A stretch of DNA of 64,000 nucleotides, from the NCBI GenBank assembly GCA_001949185.1, contig BDGG01000001.1, positions 8,564,721 through 8,628,720 of the forward strand, given 5' to 3'. This DNA comes from Ramazzottius varieornatus. Lineage: Eukaryota > Animalia > Tardigrada. A program made the position numbers and the translations under genes. Positions 13,106-24,634 of the stretch are shown piece after piece; within the stretch, counting starts at the first letter, position 1; each line of letters begins with the position of its first letter. Below the pieces are notes generated by a model. It searched no databases and was not told the origin of the DNA. It worked only from the letters and a program-made list of their open reading frames with translations.

Positions 13106-13203
13106 CATAACAGCCACAGCAGCCACAGTAGCCGCAGTAGTCACAACAGCCACCGACAGCCACAACAACCACCGGTGACGCGAAACAGCCACAGCAGCCA
13201 CAT
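13106..13203. repeat. Degenerate 9-bp (CAGCCACAG-like) tandem repeat
   Basis: cagccataa cagccacag cagccacag tagccgcag tagtcacaa cagccac... Confidence 0.7.
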
Positions 13204-15558
13204 GGTCGGGTTTCCAGCAACGTGTAGGACACGTGCCGTAGGTGCAAGAGCTGTTGCGACCTAAACTTCTATTACGACTTTGACAGCGTTGAAAAGTTTT
13301 CAGTTCGCTCCATTTCGTCGTCAAAACGATACTGACGACTCCCACATCAACAGACGATTCCGCAAAACCTTAAAGTCTCTCTTCGATAATCCCAGGTTCA
13401 AAAAGCAGTCGGACATTAAAACGCGATGCGGTGTTTCGGTCGAGATCACAGGTCAAGAGGCATACTGCTTATCCAAGAATTCCGGGTTTTGAAGAAATTG
13501 TACCTCTCTCTGTACTGGGCCATCTGAGTACCGAATTCTCGTTGAATCAACACACCGCCCACAGTCTTCCACAAGCCACTTCGTTGATTGTCGATGCCAT
13601 TCTTTCTTTACGTCTTTACCAATATGGGAGTTCCGCGTTACATTGCAGAACACTGCTCCACTGGGATATCTTTGGTTAAGTAGTGAGTTTTAGCTCATGG
13701 CAGCTGGAACTCAGTTTACTTCCTGATACCGATTACTCTAACGTGGGTGCAGAGGCAAAGCGGAATACAGTAAGATGGCTGCAGCGCTGAAGCAAGGTCA
13801 AATGCAGCACGAAAAAGTTGCAGGAGTAGTTTTGACATTGCATTAGCCAGCTAGAACGGGATTAAACGGCGTTTGCACCCATGGATTGGCTGTAGCAGGA
13901 GTGAGAACGTGAATAAATGCAGCTTCCACAGGTCCGCCCGCTTACCGTAAAGGTCGGTCATTATGCTTTTGCTCATAGACTTAGGCATCCCTTTGCAATG
14001 ATGTAGCCTGCTTGTATCTGTACATCCTATTGCACTCAACCACCAGACGCCCATTAGTCAAGCGAATCTATGAAAAACGCCAGCTTTGTTCTTGAATATA
14101 CATAGCGTGCCGCTGCAGCGGCCCACAAGAAATTTGAACCGCGAAAGCGCTCTCGTACAAATTTTATCCCAAAAGGTGAGGTCTTGTGACCCTCGGAACA
14201 CTTTGACTCTGGTGCGAGTCAGACTGGCTGCCGATCTAGAAGCCATCGGAAAACAGTGCCCATGGCATTGTACGGTCTTTGCGAAGCCTGCAGTGCGAGG
14301 TACTCGTATGTAAATACGAGTGTACCACTGGCAACAAAGTTCAGTTTTTCACGTCCGGGCTGAAAAACGCCCTGGGATGGTCGCAGATTCCACTTCCCGT
14401 TCTTACTGCAAGCCCAAGTGGCTTTATCAATTCTAAACGGGTTCTATTCCGCTGTCGCAGAATCAGCAGGGAGGATTGATTTTCTCGTAGTAAGAATGTT
14501 TTTGTATTGACTTGGGATATCTTGAATGAGGATTTTGACAACCAGAAAAACCAGTTGAGTCTATCGTCCTAATGACTGACAGTACAACGATACTTCTGGA
14601 GAAGCCGACGCAGCTCGGTCCCATTGACGGTGAACACGTCGAGATCGATAGCTAGATCACCAGGTTCCTCCACGGCTTACAGTTTCCGAGTGTCTGCTTC
14701 ATAAGCTATCTCCATGTTTAACTGCCATTCAAAGACCGTAGAAGCTCGATCGGCATGAACAGTATTGGTGGCCACTTGATTTTTAGTCTGAGCATACTGT
14801 AATATCCATGGCGCCTGAATGGGTGAAACGCTGTTTTATTGGTGTGAACCAGAATCCGAGCGGCCATCAGGTCTGATTCAGCAGAATATACAGCCACACA
14901 ATCGAAATACCCTAAAGATTTATGACTGGATCACGTGTCGTGTAATCGAGCATTAACAATCGTGAGACCGCGGTCCGTATGGAATGGACGATAATGATAA
15001 CCTTTATTCAGTCTGAATGCAGAGTTGGGCTACAGCGCTTGTATGACTAAATCTGAAAGAGGGTGCAAGAGAGCGAGAAGGAAACGGGTATAATTCCACT
15101 GTAGACAGCTAGACAAAAAATCAAGCGCTTAGTACTAGATCAGGACTTGGGACGACTGAGAGCAAGACCTCTAACAATAGTGATATCTGTTATGCAGAAG
15201 ACCGTAGGACGAGATCACATCGTACATGGCAAAGCACAAGTTGAGGTCCGTAGAATGCGGAGGAAGACGGATCCAGGTAGGTCGAAGTCCGACACCTGTT
15301 GCCTTCCTCACCAGTCAGCACGCTGTGGATGCATGGCAATGAGGTCTTTCCTGAGTGAGCATACGCCACCGGTTGGGCGCAGCTGCCTGACGTAGGAATG
15401 TACAGTAGCGCAGGACCTTGGTCGTTTCCACTGCTTGAAGCGAAGATGCACTCGACGTCGTGGACCAGCAAGCTACCCGGCGAGCCGTTGATTCATTGCA
15501 ACGTCAGCGCTCCAGGATACACGCTGGAAGGTGGCTTGGCTCAAACAATAGAAAATCA

Positions 15559-15648
15559 GTCCGAACTGGGCTTCGAAGCCAGGTCGCTTGCGTGCTAGAC
15601 AGACTCGCCAATTGAGGGCGGACAGTCTCACCACTTAGCCACTCAACA
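15559..15648 (-). other. tRNA-like sequence (tRNA pseudogene or tRNA-derived SINE head)
   Basis: Minus strand: A box TGGCTAAGTGG, CGCC-CTCAATT-GGCG anticodon-like hairpin, long variable region, B box/T arm CTGGCTTCGAAGCCCAG; acceptor stem only partly paired. Confidence 0.45.
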
Positions 15649-16878
15649 TGCCTCATAGATCAAGCGGTAGCTGTACACTATAGTAAAAAAGTCCGAACTT
15701 CAAAAACATCAGCTAGAACAAAACAAAGCAGAATGCTCCGAACGAAAGTTCTTTCAAGAAAGCCATTTTTTTGCGCACGCTAGTTGGCCAGAGTATATTA
15801 TGGACCAAAAAGAGCTCATGCTGGGATTCTCGGCGGTAGCTGCGTGAAGGTACATTCGGAGGCTACAACTTGGGGTTATCATTGGCAGCTATCACACTAG
15901 TCATGATGCTTACCACACGGACTGGATCAAAACAGTTATTAACGCCTGCTGTACAAACCGCAGCGCTTGTCTTATGTGTGGCGCGGCGTATCATCTAGTC
16001 TATGAATCCTCCGTCTTACGGCTGTCACGAAAATATCATGCCAGAGTCACGTTGTTCTTCGTATAAACAACACTGCGCAAAATCGAACAAGAAAAGTTGG
16101 CAGTGGTTTGCCGGCTGCTATTTTCCAACGTCCCGTCGATTCGAGAGATCAAAAGTAACTGCACTTCTTTATAATTGACCAAACGGCTCTACGAGGTTGC
16201 CGTACATCGAAATGAGACGTTTTTGACACTGCGTCCGACGCATATGTGTTTCAAGAGTTATGCAACACCCCTTTTGTCCGTCACCGAACAGCACGCGGTC
16301 GAAGCGTAACTAACGGCAACAAGGACTTCGCGACGAAACAAACGCATCAGGCTGGACGCCAGCATCTAACAGTGCAGGACTTCTGGTTGAGTACCTGAGG
16401 TATCGTTACCTTAATCATGGTTTATTTCCACCAAAAGCTTATTTTTAGTCTCGTTCATTTTCATCGAGCCAGTATTCCATACACTAACTACAGTTTTACC
16501 TCCGAGATGTGTCAATTGCTTTAATTTGACCGTGATATGCGAATCACAGTGTGGGTGACCAAACACATGGCAGGCCACTAAAAGAACTGAATAAATGGAA
16601 GTGATTACTTGGCAGCCTTGTGCTGAATGGCTTGCCATTTTTCGTTTGTTTTGTTCCACCGTGTAATAAACAGATGGGTCATCGCAAAACAAAATCAAGC
16701 GTTTGAATTGACACATGTGGGAGGTAGAACTGTATTACAGATTTAGCTGAAACGATCTTTACAGGTTGTCCATTAACACTTCACTCAAGAGCGCTAAACA
16801 TTCCTCTCTTGTTCTTGAATAAGTACTGCGTCGACGTATACACTTCCACACGATACCTGTAAATTCCGCTCCTGTTCG

Positions 16879-17124
16879 CTAATGACGAAAAATCACTCCA
16901 ACAGGTGCCTTGAATTCTGACTTATTCAGCCCGTGAAGGCTGTTGTTGGATAGATGAACCTGGCGTTTGATGAACATAGATGTCTGCTCCGGCTTTCCAT
17001 GCGCTTCCGTTGTGGGATTGGGCGAGGTGGCGCTATCGACTTTCTCGCCATCGGCGGAGCTTGCAACATGACAGGTTGTCGCCACTAACAAGCAAAGGAT
17101 AATTCCTTTAGCAATTTGTGGCAT
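16879..17124 (-). CDS. Possible small secreted protein or first exon (signal peptide)
   Basis: MPQIAKGIILCLLVATTCHVASSA resembles a signal peptide, followed by a polar spacer and a KR dibasic site. No homology recognised. Confidence 0.3.
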   Translation of the reverse strand: MPQIAKGIILCLLVATTCHVASSADGEKVDSATSPNPTTEAHGKPEQTSMFIKRQVHLSNNSLHGLNKSEFKAPVGVIFRH

Positions 17125-19454
17125 CGTGTATGCTTCGTGACAATGCAACTGAAGAGATGACGGTATCAAAGAGTCAGTATGAGATAACAATTGTGGAAGG
17201 CAGTTATATACAAAAATGTCTTTGCTTGCATGCAAAGTAACAATAGTCTTTCGTTCACTCGTCCGCTCACGTTGGCTTAATTATCATGGATTCTCGTTTG
17301 ACCGTCTGTTCAGGCGGATTTTGGCTTAACGACCTGGCGGCAGAACGACCGACAAAGGCACGTGGTTTGCTGAATAATGCTTCAGTTCGAACAACGCGTA
17401 ACCATATCAAGCATTTCCTGCGTTGTTTTCTCGAAAGTTATGAACACTAGTGCAACAATCCCGACGAGAAAGTACAGGACTGATGTTGTTATTGAAATCT
17501 CAAAAGCGGTGACTACTGCCGTGCAGGGGTGTTGGCTATTCTGGACTACCACGCATTCTCTAAGTTTAGCATTTATAAAGCTCTACTATGAAACTCGATA
17601 GTCCTGTTCTTTCGCAGCTCACGGTTTCTAGCGACCTCTCAGCTCTCAACCACCGTTCTTATAACAGGAACTTCTTTCTGTTACCGTTAGAGGAGTGTTT
17701 CCTTCTTCCGGGTACGCCTTATTGTTTCGCACTTAATTGGGCATTGCATTTCATTATATGACTGAACGGGGATGAAAGCGTCACGCCGTTCCAGAGCAGC
17801 TCATCTATGGGCCTGACCAATCCGTTCTGTTTCTCGTCCGAGCACAAAGCTGATAAAGTTAAACTGATAATTTGGCAAAACCGTTCTGAGTGAACATCCT
17901 AGTTTGAGGTGATTTACATTGCTGCCGTGGTCCAGTATCGGACGATACTAGTCCGTCCGAAGGACATAAGCCCACTGAGTCTGTGCTATATAAGCACTGG
18001 CTTCATACTTGGTCGGGGTCGGTTCTGCATCATATACTAAAGATGAGTAGGAACGCCAAAATATTCCCCAGTTCGAAAATTCATAGGTAGTCGTTCCCTC
18101 CTTATTCCGTCCTGGAATTTTCCTTCATCGCTTCATATACTCTCCGCTATGCGTTGATGCTTTACTCGTTTCTTTTTCGTGGATCGGTAGGGAAGCATTA
18201 ATTCTGTTGGGTACGTGCAGCAATGAGTTTCCAAGTGATTTGAGTTTGATTTTTTTCGGCTGACCGATAGCGGTAGCTTTGGCCTCTTTTGAACCGGGAT
18301 GATCTTAACCTGGAAGCACTCAAACTTTGAACTTGACGTCATGACTGGAGTCGTCCTTTCCGGTCGGTAGGAACGAGTCGTCCCGGTACACGCAGAAAAT
18401 ATGCCGAAGAGGATTTCACTCGAAAATAACAGGCTGCCTGCACGACGCAAACAGATTGACACCACACGATTAGTCAAGGATATTTGAGTATTTTTCTTCA
18501 TACTTGGTCCACAAATATCTGAAACTGAAGGGTTTGTCCGTCAACCAAATACCGTAGAAAGTGAACAGCTGCTCCTAAAAAATCATCTGTTGTCGGTCTA
18601 TTCGCGCCAGACTTGCACCCGGCTGTTTTCCAGTGAAAATCTGCCGGGCGCCTTTTGGTGCTAATACCGGGACGATCCTTTTGCACTGAAGGGAGCAAAC
18701 GACTCAAATCATAGCGTCAGGTTCAAAGTTTGGATAACCTTCTAATACGTAGTGACTCGGTGGACGGGGTCCACGGGTCGAATACTACGTGCACGGGATC
18801 ATGTGTGGAATTTTTCCGGTGCGACGTTTCTACCAGGACACCGTAGCTTGTAGAACGCGATCTACGTGCAAAACCTCACCGAACGACACACCAAACGTAA
18901 TACAATACGCGAAAGATGGCAAGCCACACGATTTTCAGCCGGTTTTCGTTCCCAAACACACAGGATTTCAGAATCTTTATCTTCTTGCGATACCCGAGCG
19001 GGTAAGCCTTCCATGCATAGGGCCCTGCTTCCTCGAATACTCGAGTTCGGAACTTTCGACTTTCTGCCTCCTGAATCTAAACCAGTCAAGTGAATCCCAG
19101 TCAAACCTGGAGCGAAGCACGCTAAGAAGCCGTGAATTCATACTGTGCCAATTCGTATCGTGCCAGCGGCAGCGACGGACAAGTAAAACGTAACTACAGA
19201 TGGGTTACCAGTCACAAGAGCCAATCAGAATGTGGCCTAGGTAACAGAAACCAATGGAGGGAGGGAGGGGCAGGGTATGGTGGCACTGGGAGCACGGGGA
19301 TATGTACTGGATTCGTCTGGGTCCACGGGATCCTGTACGTGGTAGCAAAACCGTTGGTAGCCGTGTAAAGGGCGTCTTAGTCTATCTTAGATGTGAATGA
19401 GAATGTAGTGATAGTGATGTCATCGCACACCTGGCTTGGCCTATGATGTGTGTC

Positions 19455-19960
19455 GCTGTCTAAGTTTAAGACTGCTGTTAACGCATACCGGGCAAGAACC
19501 TTTCAGCTGTTCTAAGAAAATCGGACGAACTAGCTAACTAGTAGCGTAAACGAGACTCTAAGGCCAAGAAGAAGAGACCACCTACAGATGCCGCATTAGC
19601 CAAATAACTGATGTACGAAAGTCTCGACTTACATGGCATACACGGAGGGTAAGAACGTCATCGCGTACGGGTGTTCGTCAGAAAACCCACAGTCGGAAGA
19701 ACAACTTTCGTGGGAAGATAACAGTTGATGCGAGGAAAAGACAAAGTCGCTTGTTGATGACATCTGGACCGGATGCCACCCCTCGCAATCACGTTTTATC
19801 TGAAGAGAACTACTGCCATGAACGCGAGAACCGCCTTCTGCATGCGCGGAAGACCCAGGACGCTGTCCAACTTGTTCAGAATGGCGTCCCCGTACGCCAG
19901 ACGGCTGCGGCCTTACGGCTGCAAATCAAGAAACCGGTGCGTGAGAAAGATCTTCACAAC
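19455..19960 (+). pseudogene. Mutator (MULE) transposase N-terminal fragment (FAR1/ZSWIM3-like)
   Basis: SLSKFKTAVNAYRARTFQLF..., IHGG..R..GVR, NHVLSEENYCHERENRLL...KPVREKDLHN match the MULE N-terminal zinc-finger/HTH region; frameshifted. Confidence 0.55.
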
Positions 19961-20259
19961 CCTGAAGCTCATGCGGATCGAGCACTTAATACCGGAGTGA
20001 CCGAAGGAAGTAGTAATATGTATGGCGCTGTTCGTTTTGGTCGCCAAGCAATCAAACAAATTGGCCCTGATTGCTTTGGTGACCTGCAGTCATATACGCT
20101 CTGATATGATGTCATTGGCCTGGTCAGACAAGACACGACATGACGTCGCCCTAGTCTGATATCTATTTGGCGATGGGTTAACCATAGGTTTAGCTCGTAC
20201 AATCCCACCAGCAGGAGCTTCATTGTTTTACATGTATATCCACATAGGAAAGCACGGTC

Positions 20260-20854
20260 AGGTTTAGAATTCAGCCATAATTCGAAATCAATTTCTGCTA
20301 GCTGAACATCGGACACTGCTTTAGCGCCAAGAATGTTGCATTTACCTGTATGAAAATGAGCGCACGTAACATGGTGAGTTAAGCAAAAAGCGCAGGAAAC
20401 ATTTCAGGCTCACGAGATAAATATTTCAGTAACATTTGTGGATCGTCTTGTTTTCCAGTGATTTTCCGTAGCCTTTCGTAAACATCTCTTGACCGAACGG
20501 CTTGACCAAAGTTAAACGTTCCCACAATGTTCACGATTCGGAAATTAGAAAGGGTTGCGTGTTTGCAGCCAGCCTGCTAAATAGTGCGACAGTATTGATA
20601 GCTCTTGGCGAGCGCGAGAGAGACTCTTGCTCGTTTCTTGCACCGTTCACCACGATCTTGCCGTTCCAGAAAATCTTGCAGTGAGATTCAGGGGAGTCAG
20701 TTTTCTGATTAAAAGACCGGAGAAGGACTGTGGATGTAGTGGATGTAGTGGATGTAGTGGATGTAGTGGACCATATCAACCTTGTTTCTAGCTCCACAAG
20801 ATTTATTGTACAGTTTAATTCAGCCGTAGCGACAATATTCTTGATGATGGCCAT
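20260..20854 (-). pseudogene. Divergent, intronless TATA-box-binding-protein (TBP)-like gene with two TBP repeats, frameshifted
   Basis: Repeat 1: IKNIVATAELNCTINL, (alternative frame) HPQSFSGLLIRK, CKIFWNGKIVVNGARNEQES. Repeat 2: NFRIVNIVGTFNFG, REPEMFPALF, CAHFHTGKCNILGAK. These align with the TBP motifs QNIVST/PKRFAA/LIFSSGK/FKIQNMVGS/EPELFPGL/LIFVSGKVVLTGAK. Confidence 0.85.
20730..20770. repeat. (GTGGATGTA)4.5 tandem repeat inside the TBP-like gene
   Basis: Directly visible; gives the STTSTTSTT run in the ORF track. Confidence 0.9.
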
Positions 20855-20873
20855 GTCTCCCGAGGATGATTAG

Positions 20874-21450
20874 AAAACACAATTTATTGTCAAATTATTA
20901 CAGAACGTTAATGAGATGTTCGCGAGACCGCCCACAAGAATGGTGTTCGAATATAGTGAATGGCAAGAGGCTTACGACGTAACACTGGAAAGAAATCCAA
21001 GGATCCTGTTTGTGAGGGATCTTGATGAGATATTAGAGAACGAACACTATTTTTCCAGCAGGGAGCAAAATCTTATATCGGAAGATTTCGCCTCAATAAT
21101 AGCAAAAAAACGAGCATGCAAGCAATTTGTTCACGAAAGGCATACACCATAAAAGATTTGACGTTATCCACATATGTTGAAGCATATTCCAGCAGGGGAA
21201 GAGTATGCGGAATTTGCATCTCAGCTCATCGTATCTAATACTTTGTAAAAACACAAGAGACGTGAATCAGATTGTCACGTTAGCCAGACAAACTGGCAGA
21301 CCTGATTTAAGTGACGCACATGTAAAAGTGACAAGTAAGCCATTTCAGCTTTTAATACTGGACATGAAATCCGATTGCCCTGGCTATTTGAAGATACGAA
21401 GCCACATTTTCTCTGACGAGGTGACCAAGGTGTATGTAGCCCAAGTATAG
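20874..21450 (+). pseudogene. Polinton packaging ATPase (A32/FtsK-like); Walker A truncated
   Basis: (stop)KTQFIVKLL..YSEWQEAY, LFTKGIHH, FQQGKSMRNLHLSSSYLILCKNTRDVNQI..LARQ, ILDM...IRSHIF; frameshift and stop. Confidence 0.85.
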
Positions 21451-21466
21451 TTACGGTACCGTAGTC

Positions 21467-21795
21467 ATGTCAGAAGTTAGATGAGTTGTTGCCTTTTGTT
21501 GCTACACTTACGTCTCTCAAGCCGGCACAACGCAGAGCTTTACTACAGTGCTGCCAGAAAAGCCACATCAAAGCATTTGAGGAGGTGTGTCTTAACATCG
21601 TCAAGAACACTGTAGATCTACGTCCTCAGCGTTTGAGGGTATGTCATTGGTATCGTAAACCACTGAAACTACTTGCTCCCCGCAAATATCCGTATCGAGA
21701 GAAGAAGGAGATCTTACTGCCAAAGGGTGGGTTTTTTTGCCGCCGTCTCACCTGTGCTTGCGTCAGCAATCGCTTCGGCACTGGTAGCGCAGTAA
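21467..21795 (+). pseudogene. Small conserved Polinton protein with C-terminal KGGF motif and amphipathic tail (putative virion core protein)
   Basis: KPAQRRALL..FEEVCLNIVKNTVDL...KKEILLPKGGFF..PVLASAIASAL; pattern recognised from the small ORF following the ATPase in animal Mavericks. Confidence 0.7.
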
Positions 21796-21796
21796 G

Positions 21797-22806
21797 ATGC
21801 AGACACTGTATGTTGTCCCGAAGAACATCGCTATGGCTAATTGGCCTGACAGGCAGAGCAACAGAAAACAAATAAAGGATACGCTCGCATTCATACAAGA
21901 AAAACCCGAAGCTGTCGAAATCATGGCACTGGACCAACTGACTGAAAGAACTCTAGGAAATCCGATGATGACCGAGTGGGAAAAAGCTCTGGCTCTTTCC
22001 GACAACCTACAAAAGTTCACTGCTCTGAAGGCGCAAACGTCTCCTGAGCAGCCACCTCCTATCGCCTTCCAAACAGGACCACCACTTCCCCCTCCTCCGC
22101 CACCCATCCCTAGTATGCCGCTTGTACCTTCAGCATCCGCTCGGTTGTCTACTTAGTTAAATGTGGTTAAAGACTATTTGCTGAATCCTGGAATTCGTGG
22201 AAAACCCAAACCTCATTCTGCACCTGTAACAGCGTTAAGGCATCCTGAAGGTCCTCCACCACATGTACCTGACGATTATGCTCCGCAAATGGAGGTGGAA
22301 CACCCAAGGCAAAAAAACCTGCGAAAGCGCACACTGTCCGAATCACCAGGCAGCTCTCCTGTCGCTACCGATAAAGGTGCCCCATTGCTGTACATTGTGA
22401 GTGGTGAACGTTTAACAGGACACGACGCCGCTACGGCAAGAGCTCAGTCCACACGAACGTTAAAGCCGGCTAGAAAGAGGGGAATCAGAGAGGTTGAACC
22501 GATAGAAGTCAGCGACAGCTGCTACGAAACGCCAGACCGTCGGACTCGGGGGAAAACTAAAAAGAAAGCTGTGGAAAAGGCGGAAAAGGCGAAACGCGGG
22601 TGGCAAGGAACAAAGGATATTAGAAGAGCAGCCATTCTGGATAATATAAAAACAACTGCTGGAGTGAGGGTCCTGGGGAAGCAGCAGCAGTAGCAGCAGC
22701 GGCGGCGAAGAGAAACAGTGATTCGGAAATTGATCCGGATCAGACACCCCATACATTGCACGGAGGAAAAGGGTCTTTGTCTAAACCGAGGTGGTTGGTC
22801 ATTTAA
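21797..22806 (+). pseudogene. Polinton conserved hypothetical ORF preceding the integrase (Pro-rich, basic low-complexity C-terminus)
   Basis: MQTLYVVP...ALDQLTERTL..MTEWEKALALSDNLQKF, continuing through 22163-22693 with stops and ending ..KPRWLVI* just before the integrase ATG. Confidence 0.55.
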
Positions 22807-22807
22807 G

Positions 22808-24628
22808 ATGGCGAACATCACGCCACCGCTACTAGTAGAGATGGCAAAAGTGTGATTTACCGAAATATACCGAAACCAAATCGAACTTTTCGATTTGGTA
22901 TGAGAAGTTACCGAAACCGGAATTTTCGGTGTGAGCCTCGCACCGAAAAATCGATTTCGGTACGCGTCCACACCAAATCGAAGTATTTCGGTATACCAAC
23001 AAAATATCAAGGTTGAGAAAGGTTGATTTTGGCGGCTTTTGATTAGAGTGATCAAGTACGGAGGGCTCTTCGAACATCGCAAATCTGTTAATGTGCCCCT
23101 TCGTAAGACTGCGTCGTGGACGATTGATTCGACTGCCTTTTGATTGAGTCTAGCCAGTACAGTCCGCCTCAAGATTCCAGATTTTCAACATGGCGCATCC
23201 ACTTTCCTGGGCTTTCTAACTGCGCTGTGTTTCGCCTCTATTCTTTGTGTCGTATTCTGAATTAAGGTACAGGATGAACAGACGACTAAGTTGGACTCGG
23301 GAGTTAGCCAGAGATAGAGAGGAGAGTGCTGAACGAGAAGCAACGCGCCGTGGAATGGATGGGGAGTCGGATGACCTGATGGACGTCGACAAAGCTTCAC
23401 CAGCCGCTGCAAGCTCAACCTCTTCTACCCCGATAACATCAAAAAAGTCTTTCTCAGCAGACAAGGTTGTCCGTCGAGCAGCTGTTTACAAATTCTGGAC
23501 CGACGACGTCAAAAATTAAGCTTTACCAGTGCAACTACTGCACGAAGAAATATCGCGATTCAAACTCCAGCACCATCCTGAACACGCATAATCTACGCAC
23601 GCAAACCGGATTCCAACTGAAAGAAGATTCAGGAAGTCCAAAACTCAGCATCAAGCAGAAAGCGCTGATCGATGAGAAGATGAAACGCTTGCTTACTGCC
23701 CGTAACCATCCTTTCTCCTTGGTCGACTACGCAGAATTCATCGAGTTCACCCAATCATTGTGACCTTCTTACACTCCACCCAGAAGAAACACTCTGAAAG
23801 CTTGGTTGTTCGTAGACTACGAAGCTTACAAGATAAACTTAAACTATTCCCTAATATAATTCGAAATAATTTGAATTTTCGAAATTTTGTTTGAACTGAT
23901 TGATTTCACTTGATTAGATCAAAGCCGAACTGGACGCAGGTCCAGGCAAGATCTCGTTAACGCTGGACGGTTGGACATCGGTGGCCCAAGATGGTTACAG
24001 CTCACTGGATCACTTCCGACTTCGAGATCCGAGGAGTGCTACGGGATATTCGGGAGCTGCCGGCGGAGCACCTTGCTGACAATATCCAGGAGACTCTTCT
24101 CGACATTCTGCGCCCTTACAGCGGGAGTCTGGGAGGAGTGGAGCGATACCGAAGTGCGGAACTGGAAACCTTGACGGACGCGAAAAAAGAGCTAGTATCG
24201 GTATACCCATACACCGCATGACGGGAGCGAAGGATAAACTTTCCGCGGAACGCCGCCGTTCTAGTGCCGGACCATCACTGGCAATTCCAAGCGGATCTGA
24301 TGGACCTGCAAAAGATATCCAAAGAAGATAAGCACTATCGGTATGAGCTTGTCGTGATCGACTGTTTCAGCAAGAAATTAAGCCGTGTTCTCGTCAAAAC
24401 CAAGCATGAATTTAATATCAAGAAAGGACTGGAGATGGCGTTTGAAGAGCTTGGGATACCGGATAGGTTGCAGACAGATAAAGCCATGTAGAGAGATGAA
24501 TACACTGTTAGACTGTCAAAAGACGAGCCTATTTTCGCGAAAGGGTATGCGTCAAACTTTTCTGAAGAGGTTTATAAGATCACAAAATGGGGGTATTTTA
24601 CGAGCGCGAGCTTTGGTTGGTAAAATAG
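22808..24628 (+). pseudogene. Polinton retroviral-like integrase (c-INT), interrupted by a hAT fragment and internally deleted
   Basis: ATG at 22808 (MANITPPLL); resumes ~24119 with SGSLGGVERY, FPRN, WQFQADLMDL, VVIDCFSK, PDRLQTDK; then C-terminal VRLSK..FAKGY.SNFSEEVYKI..GVFYEREL. Confidence 0.85.
22836..24118 (+). mobile_element. hAT (Ac/ZBED-like) transposon, 3'-truncated
   Basis: Left terminus TAGAGATGGC, clustered subterminal ACCGAAA/TTTCGGT motifs, BED finger (VYKFW..YQCNYC..THN), HPFSLVD.AEF, SLTLDGWTS, VTAHWI, EHLADNI; probable intron ending ~23918. Confidence 0.82.
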
Positions 24629-24634
24629 AGTACC

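Noticed and set aside
14280-14700. Transposase of the 'DSPG..AxY' type
   Set aside because: Only a faint SPGSSTAYS match and a Cys-containing segment; too degraded to support.
20260-20854. The host's functional TBP gene
   Set aside because: Frameshifted, intronless, lacks the N-terminal region and is too divergent from the near-invariant cellular TBP core, so no gene symbol was assigned.
22522-23172. 216-aa minus-strand ORF
   Set aside because: Antisense to a Polinton ORF and spans the hAT left terminus, so it is a chance ORF across a junction.
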